Of a stretch of 34,284 nucleotides of DNA, positions 29,735-34,284 are shown in pieces. Origin of the DNA: Paraconexibacter sp. (GTDB lineage Bacteria; Actinomycetota; Thermoleophilia; Solirubrobacterales; Solirubrobacteraceae); the NCBI GenBank assembly GCA_041603715.1, contig JBFIDS010000001.1, forward strand, positions 1-34,284, given 5' to 3'. Numbering within the stretch: the stretch's first letter is position 1; every line of letters begins with the position of its first letter. The notes under the pieces are model-generated. The model worked only from the letters and a program-made list of their open reading frames with translations, was not told the DNA's origin and searched no databases. The translations under genes and the position numbers were made by a program.

Positions 29735-30214
29735 TGGCACGGGCGAGACCGGTAGTGCACCCGGGCCGGGCCGGAGGTCGATCTCGTCGACGGGGACGTG
29801 GTGCCCGTGCTCGCACTCGAGCACGGCTCTCACGGACCCTCCGCACGTCGAGTGCTCGGCGACGACAGGCGGAACGTCGCGGGCCAGGTGATGGTCACCC
29901 CACTGCATGAGCGCGAGCAGGACGGGGAACAACTCCCGGCCGCGGTCGGTCAGGCCGTAGGCCGGCCGGGACCGCTGCCCCGGCGCCTTGTAGGACGACC
30001 GCTCGACGATCTCGTCGTCGACCAGGCGCTTCAGCCGCTCGGCAAGGAGGTTGCGGGGGCACTGGAGGACGGAGTGGATCTCCTCGAAGCGCGACGCCCC
30101 GTAGAACAGCTCACGCAGGATGAGGATGGTCCACCGGTCGCCGATCTGGGCGAGGGTCAGCGCCACCGTGCAGTTCGACGCGGTCTCGTGGGTCCGGGCG
30201 GCCGGGGACGACAT
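29720..30214 (-). CDS. HxlR-family transcriptional regulator
   Basis: NCTVALTLAQIGDRWTILILRE...YGLTDRGREL...WGD; ATG 30214 is 6 nt after TACTCT (leaderless-like); 164 aa. Confidence 0.92.
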   Translation of the reverse strand: MSSPAARTHETASNCTVALTLAQIGDRWTILILRELFYGASRFEEIHSVLQCPRNLLAERLKRLVDDEIVERSSYKAPGQRSRPAYGLTDRGRELFPVLLALMQWGDHHLARDVPPVVAEHSTCGGSVRAVLECEHGHHVPVDEIDLRPGPGALPVSPVPELTS

Positions 30215-30238
30215 GTGCGAAGAGTACCCCAGGCTGCA

Positions 30239-30254
30239 TTGACTTTCTGAACTC
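30239..30254. promoter_or_regulatory. Putative HxlR operator overlapping a TTGACT -35-like hexamer of the dsrE-like operon
   Basis: TTGACTTTCTGAACTC; reverse complement GAGTTCAGAAAGTCAA vs GAGTTCAGGAAGTCAA at 29716. Confidence 0.7.
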
Positions 30255-30274
30255 TGGTGTGGGAGGGTCCTCCC

Positions 30275-30640
30275 ATGAAGGTCGCCTACGTCTTCTCGAC
30301 ATCCGGTCACACCGCGAGCCACAAGCTCGGGAAGATGATCCTCCCGCAGCTCGAGAAAGGACGCCATGGGGTGGAGGTCGTCGGGATGATGTTCTTCGAC
30401 GACAACACCTTCGTGCTCCGCGACGGTGACCCGCTGGGTGCCCGACTCTCGAAGGTCGCCAGTGAGCAGGGCGTGCTGCTGATGATGTGCGACCGGTGCG
30501 CCATCGAGCGCGGGCTCGCCGTGGGCGAGCCGGGGTCCTGCGAGGTGCAGGGAACGGTCCCCGGCGTCACCGTCGGGTGCTTTCCCGACCTCTACGCAGC
30601 GCTCGCCGGGAACCCCCCCGACCACGTCATCACGCTCTAG
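30275..30640 (+). CDS. DsrE/SaoD-like small protein
   Basis: 121 aa; MKVAYVF, ILPQLE, VVGMMFFDDN, MMCDRCAIERG (CxxC), GCFPDLY, HVITL; pattern of DsrE-fold proteins. Confidence 0.75.
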   Translation: MKVAYVFSTSGHTASHKLGKMILPQLEKGRHGVEVVGMMFFDDNTFVLRDGDPLGARLSKVASEQGVLLMMCDRCAIERGLAVGEPGSCEVQGTVPGVTVGCFPDLYAALAGNPPDHVITL

Positions 30641-30657
30641 GCCGAGAGCCGGACACC

Positions 30658-31287
30658 GTGCGTCCGACATCCAGCCAACGCGCCCCCGGTCTGCTGACGC
30701 GCGTCACGACCAGGCTTCAGGTGCGGGTGTTCGACACCCTCCTCGTCACTGTCGGCCTGCTGCTCACCGTCGCCAGCCGGTTCCACCCAAGGCTCCGCTC
30801 CCAGATCACCCGAGACGTGCTCTTCGAGTTCTCGAGCGACGACGGCGTCAGCCGGCGCTTCGGTCTCCACGCCGCGACGCGCACCGTCAGCCTCGAGCCG
30901 GTCGGCCCGGCCCGCCCGGACACGTCGGTCCACTTCGGTCGTGCCTGGGACGGCATCCGCGCGCTCGTCTCCACGCGCACCGTCGCGCACATCGTCACGG
31001 GCATGAACTACGGCGACACCCGGCTCGAGGGCAACCCGGTCCTGCTGCTGTGGTTCCACGGCCTCACGCGCTGCGTCCTGCCCATCGGCAGCTCCCGCCG
31101 CCCCCGCAAGAGGCACCTCCCGCCGATCGGGCCCCGTGAGCCCGAACAGCACGCGACGTGGGCTGCCCGAATCACCCGCGAACCGGTCCTCGACGAGCTC
31201 GACCCGACGTGGACCGCCGCGTGGCGGGCACGGGCCAAGCTCCTGCAAGTGCGGGCGCCTGGCGGCGAACCGCTCCCCCCTGGCTGA
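30658..31287 (+). CDS. Hypothetical protein with possible SCP2 (sterol carrier)-like domain
   Basis: Fills the gap between operon neighbours; SDDGVSRRF and LEGNPVLLLWFHGL resemble SCP2-like proteins; hydrophobic N-terminal stretch; start uncertain. Confidence 0.55.
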   Translation: MRPTSSQRAPGLLTRVTTRLQVRVFDTLLVTVGLLLTVASRFHPRLRSQITRDVLFEFSSDDGVSRRFGLHAATRTVSLEPVGPARPDTSVHFGRAWDGIRALVSTRTVAHIVTGMNYGDTRLEGNPVLLLWFHGLTRCVLPIGSSRRPRKRHLPPIGPREPEQHATWAARITREPVLDELDPTWTAAWRARAKLLQVRAPGGEPLPPG

Positions 31288-31299
31288 AGGACGGACCCG

Positions 31300-32979
<1,680 letters not shown>

Positions 32980-33016
32980 TCCCTCGTCCGAAGACCGCCA
33001 CATGGAGGAAGTCCGC

Positions 33017-33910
33017 ATGTCCCAGCACGAAATCGAGTTCAACGCCGAAGGCACCACCCTCCGAGGCTGGTTCTTCCCGGCCGTCGGGGCGACCGGCCCG
33101 GCACCCACGGTCGTGATGGCCCACGGCTTCAGTGCGGTCAAGGAGATGGGACTCGCCCGCTACGCCGAGGTGTTCTCGGCCGGCGGCATCAATGTCCTCG
33201 TCTACGACCATCGGGGGTTCGGCGACAGCGACGGGACCCCGCGGCAGGAGATCGATCCGTGGGCTCAGATCCGCGACTACCGGCACGCGATCACCTATGC
33301 CTCGACGCTCGACGGCGTCGATGCGCAGCGCATCGGCGTCTGGGGCAGCAGCTACTCCGGCGGGCACGCGATCGTGGTGGGCGCCATCGATCGGCGCGTC
33401 AAGGCGGTTGTCTCGCAGGTGCCCGCGATCTCCGGTTACGACAACTACCGGGCGCTCGTCCGAGTCGACTTCATCGACAACTACCTGGCCCTCTTCGACT
33501 CCGACCGGGCCAACCGCTTCGCAGGCGGAGAACCCGCCACCGTCCCGGTCGTTGCCGAGAACCCGATGGACCCGGCCGCGCTCCCGAGCCCGGACTCGTG
33601 GACGTGGTTCACCGAGAACAGCGGCGATCGAGCGCCCAACTGGAAGAACGAGGTCACCGTCCGCAGCCTCGAGATGCTGACCGAGTACAACCCGATCGAC
33701 TACATCGCCAAGATCGCCCCCACGCCGTTGCTGCTGATGCCGGCCCACAACGACGTCGTGGCCCCCACGACCTTCGCCCTCCGCGCCTACGAAGAGGCCC
33801 GGGAGCCCAAGAAGCTCACGATCCTCCCGGGTGGGCACTTCGACGCCTACGGCCCGGGCTTCGACGCGTCCAGCGGTGGTGCCCTTGAGTGGTACCTGAC
33901 GCACCTGTAG
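33017..33910 (+). CDS. Alpha/beta hydrolase (FrsA/YcjY/S15-like)
   Basis: MAHGFSAVKE, YDHRGFGDS, GSSYSGGH nucleophile, GGHFDAY; ATG 33017 after GGAGGA (alternative 33002). Confidence 0.92.
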   Translation: MSQHEIEFNAEGTTLRGWFFPAVGATGPAPTVVMAHGFSAVKEMGLARYAEVFSAGGINVLVYDHRGFGDSDGTPRQEIDPWAQIRDYRHAITYASTLDGVDAQRIGVWGSSYSGGHAIVVGAIDRRVKAVVSQVPAISGYDNYRALVRVDFIDNYLALFDSDRANRFAGGEPATVPVVAENPMDPAALPSPDSWTWFTENSGDRAPNWKNEVTVRSLEMLTEYNPIDYIAKIAPTPLLLMPAHNDVVAPTTFALRAYEEAREPKKLTILPGGHFDAYGPGFDASSGGALEWYLTHL

Positions 33911-33927
33911 GTCGCGGCGCGTCGTGA

Positions 33928-33965
33928 AACGGCCTCCCGCGGGCGTGTGCGCGCGTGAGGCCGTT
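33928..33965 (+). terminator. Hairpin after the hydrolase
   Basis: AACGGCCTCCCGCG ... CGCGTGAGGCCGTT, 13/14 complementary. Confidence 0.55.
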
Positions 33966-33977
33966 AGTCTGGAGCGA

Positions 33978-34284
33978 GTGAGTCCGAATGCCGAACCCAC
34001 TCCGGACCAGGGGCTCCGCCCGGACGGTCCCCGGGTGTGCGCGATCACCGACGCGATGGCGGCCGTCGGCGATCGGTACTCGTTGCTGATCGTGCGCGAG
34101 ATCGCGTTCGGCGTCCGCCGGTTCAGCGACATCCGCCACAACACTGGAGCCCCACGCGAGACCCTGACGACCCGGCTGCGCAAGCTCGAGGAGTCCGGTG
34201 TCGTGCGCCGTCGGCGCTACAGCGAGCGTCCGCCGCGTGACGAGTACGAGCTGACCGAGGCGGGCGCCGAGCTCGCCCCGGTGC
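33978..34284 (+). CDS. HxlR-family regulator, partial (runs off the window; not in the ORF track)
   Basis: Manual translation from GTG 33978: ...RVCAITDAMAAVGDRYSLLIVREIAFGVRRFSDI...RLRKLEESGVV...EYELTEAGAELAPV; TAGTCT lies 7 nt upstream. Confidence 0.9.
   Translation, partial: MSPNAEPTPDQGLRPDGPRVCAITDAMAAVGDRYSLLIVREIAFGVRRFSDIRHNTGAPRETLTTRLRKLEESGVVRRRRYSERPPRDEYELTEAGAELAPV

Noticed and set aside
29716-30254. Inverted repeats around hxlR considered as an invertible segment or MITE ends
   Set aside because: Each repeat is itself a dyad overlapping a -35-like hexamer; no target duplication or adjacent invertase; an operator is the simpler explanation

Overview
High-GC actinobacterial-type DNA, with several apparently leaderless TANNNT promoters; Thermoleophilia/Solirubrobacterales is a guess from gene content. 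The window has five parts. (1) A complete IS256-family element (1-1423) inserted into the 5' end of a tyrosine integrase, followed by a small IS21 istB remnant. (2) A TetR-controlled operon: F420-dependent reductase, two SDRs, an alpha/beta hydrolase and a frameshifted CrtA-like gene. (3) A cyclase-family gene, a crotonase and two tandem HxlR regulators. (4) A phenylacetyl-CoA (paa) cluster with paaN, paaABCDE, paaI, paaJ, paaF, paaG, paaH and a TetR-type PaaR. It lacks paaK/paaZ/paaX but contains a generic acyl-CoA ligase and a cytochrome P450. Three ACCGA-N4-TCGGT boxes also place a tautomerase / FAH-family / GMC oxidoreductase / aldehyde dehydrogenase operon under PaaR. (5) An HxlR-flanked module encoding a tautomerase, a DsrE/SaoD-like protein, an SCP2-like protein, a divergent linalool dehydratase/isomerase (LDI)-like enzyme and an alpha/beta hydrolase; this is the best candidate for an undescribed system. 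All calls come from motif recognition by eye; no database searches were run.
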